From contig NZ_JAQTOD010000002.1 in NCBI RefSeq assembly GCF_028713515.1, positions 178,501 to 242,500 of the forward strand: a stretch of DNA of 64,000 bases, in the 5' to 3' direction. A model generated the notes under the pieces. The model did not search any database. It had not been told where the DNA came from and saw nothing but the letters and a program-made list of their open reading frames with translations. The DNA is from Sulfurimonas sp. Its GTDB lineage: Bacteria > Campylobacterota > Campylobacteria > Campylobacterales > Sulfurimonadaceae. The first letter of the stretch is position 1. Every line of letters begins with the position of its first letter. The position numbers were made by a program, and so were the translations under genes. This document shows positions 63,413-64,000 of this stretch, piece after piece.

Positions 63413-64000
63413 TTAATTTTTTTGAAACACAAAAAGATGCTCATGCATGATAAGCAGAAAATTTGCTTCTTTACTCTTGTTTACCCAAAAACCAGTCGCT
63501 TTGCAGTTATGCTGATGCTTGATGATGTCTTCTTTTAGTTCAAAACCAACTTTTAAGAACCTCTGCATAACCATAAAAGCCATAGGTTGATACATCTTAT
63601 TTCTTCTAGTATCACCTATCAATATTGCACAATATTTATCTTTTTTCAAAACTCTGTAAAACTCATTTGCAACTTTTTCCATCTCATCGCAAAATTTTTC
63701 TAAATTATGGATATTTGATAGGTCTTCTTCTATCTTTCTATCACTGTATTTTATAATATCTGCATAAGGCGGATGATTTAAGATAAAGTCTATTGTTTCA
63801 TCTTTTAAGATTGACAAATCTCTTGCATCATTTAACTCAACTCTTATCTTGGGATTATATTCACACTCGAAATTAAGCGCGCTTTTTGTCAGCTCTATTG
63901 CATTTGGATTTATATCTAAGGCTAGAAGATGGCGATTTAAAAGCTTACACTCAACAGCAGTCGTTCCTCCGCCAATCATCGGATCGAGTAAACAATCTTT
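63413..64000 (-). CDS. SAM-dependent N6-adenine/N4-cytosine-type nucleic-acid methyltransferase, 5' end beyond the window
   Basis: The frame stays open to the window edge (...KDCLLDPMIGGGTTAVEC = motif I). NHPPY (motif IV) is about 65 aa later. C-terminal HEHLFVFQK. Confidence 0.75.
   Translation of the reverse strand, partial: KDCLLDPMIGGGTTAVECKLLNRHLLALDINPNAIELTKSALNFECEYNPKIRVELNDARDLSILKDETIDFILNHPPYADIIKYSDRKIEEDLSNIHNLEKFCDEMEKVANEFYRVLKKDKYCAILIGDTRRNKMYQPMAFMVMQRFLKVGFELKEDIIKHQHNCKATGFWVNKSKEANFLLIMHEHLFVFQKN

Noticed and set aside
1-64000. Scan for CRISPR arrays, tRNA/rRNA/tmRNA/SRP RNA, IS elements, integrases and long direct or inverted repeats flanking an island.
   Set aside because: I could not recognise any by eye. 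No repeat-spacer periodicity, no GGTTCGAATCC-type T-arms and no transposase or integrase-like ORFs. The only multi-copy sequence noticed is the 20-nt promoter box reported above. A computational repeat or tRNA scan would be needed for certainty.

Overview
AT-rich, very gene-dense chromosomal window with about 77 protein-coding genes, all but nine on the minus strand. Many are joined by 1-20 nt overlaps, which implies long operons. Several gene blocks match the order I recall for Campylobacterota (epsilonproteobacteria; C. jejuni and H. pylori). This is recollection, not a search result. The blocks are: rpsP-KH-rimM-trmD-rplS next to ffh; waaA / HP0958-like zinc-ribbon protein / Nif3; truB-csrA-ispE-smpB; hom-aminotransferase-periplasmic-membrane-rRNA methyltransferases-rpmE; and ctc-pth-lptF/G-lysA-HAD-pheA-hisC-fliF-fliG-fliH-dxs. 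I saw no rRNA, tRNA, CRISPR array, transposase, integrase or phage structural gene. I did not find a convincing multi-gene novel system, and most of the window is housekeeping. The best leads are: (1) a small accessory islet at 41.3-43.5 kb, containing an ORF6N DNA-binding domain fused to what reads as a variant HKD/PLD-like module, a 403-nt non-coding gap, and an unlisted 57-aa four-Cys ORF; (2) an AMMECR1 + MEMO-like pair with no adjacent radical-SAM partner, coupled to a cupin; (3) a GC-rich three-hairpin intergenic element with a repeated GCGGGAGRGRCTC box; (4) a 20-nt box identical upstream of lysA and pyrB; (5) a 10-bp perfect inverted repeat in the cysK promoter region; (6) a permuted-motif nucleic-acid methyltransferase cut by the window end. 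All functional calls rest on motif recognition in the supplied translations. No database search or folding computation was possible.
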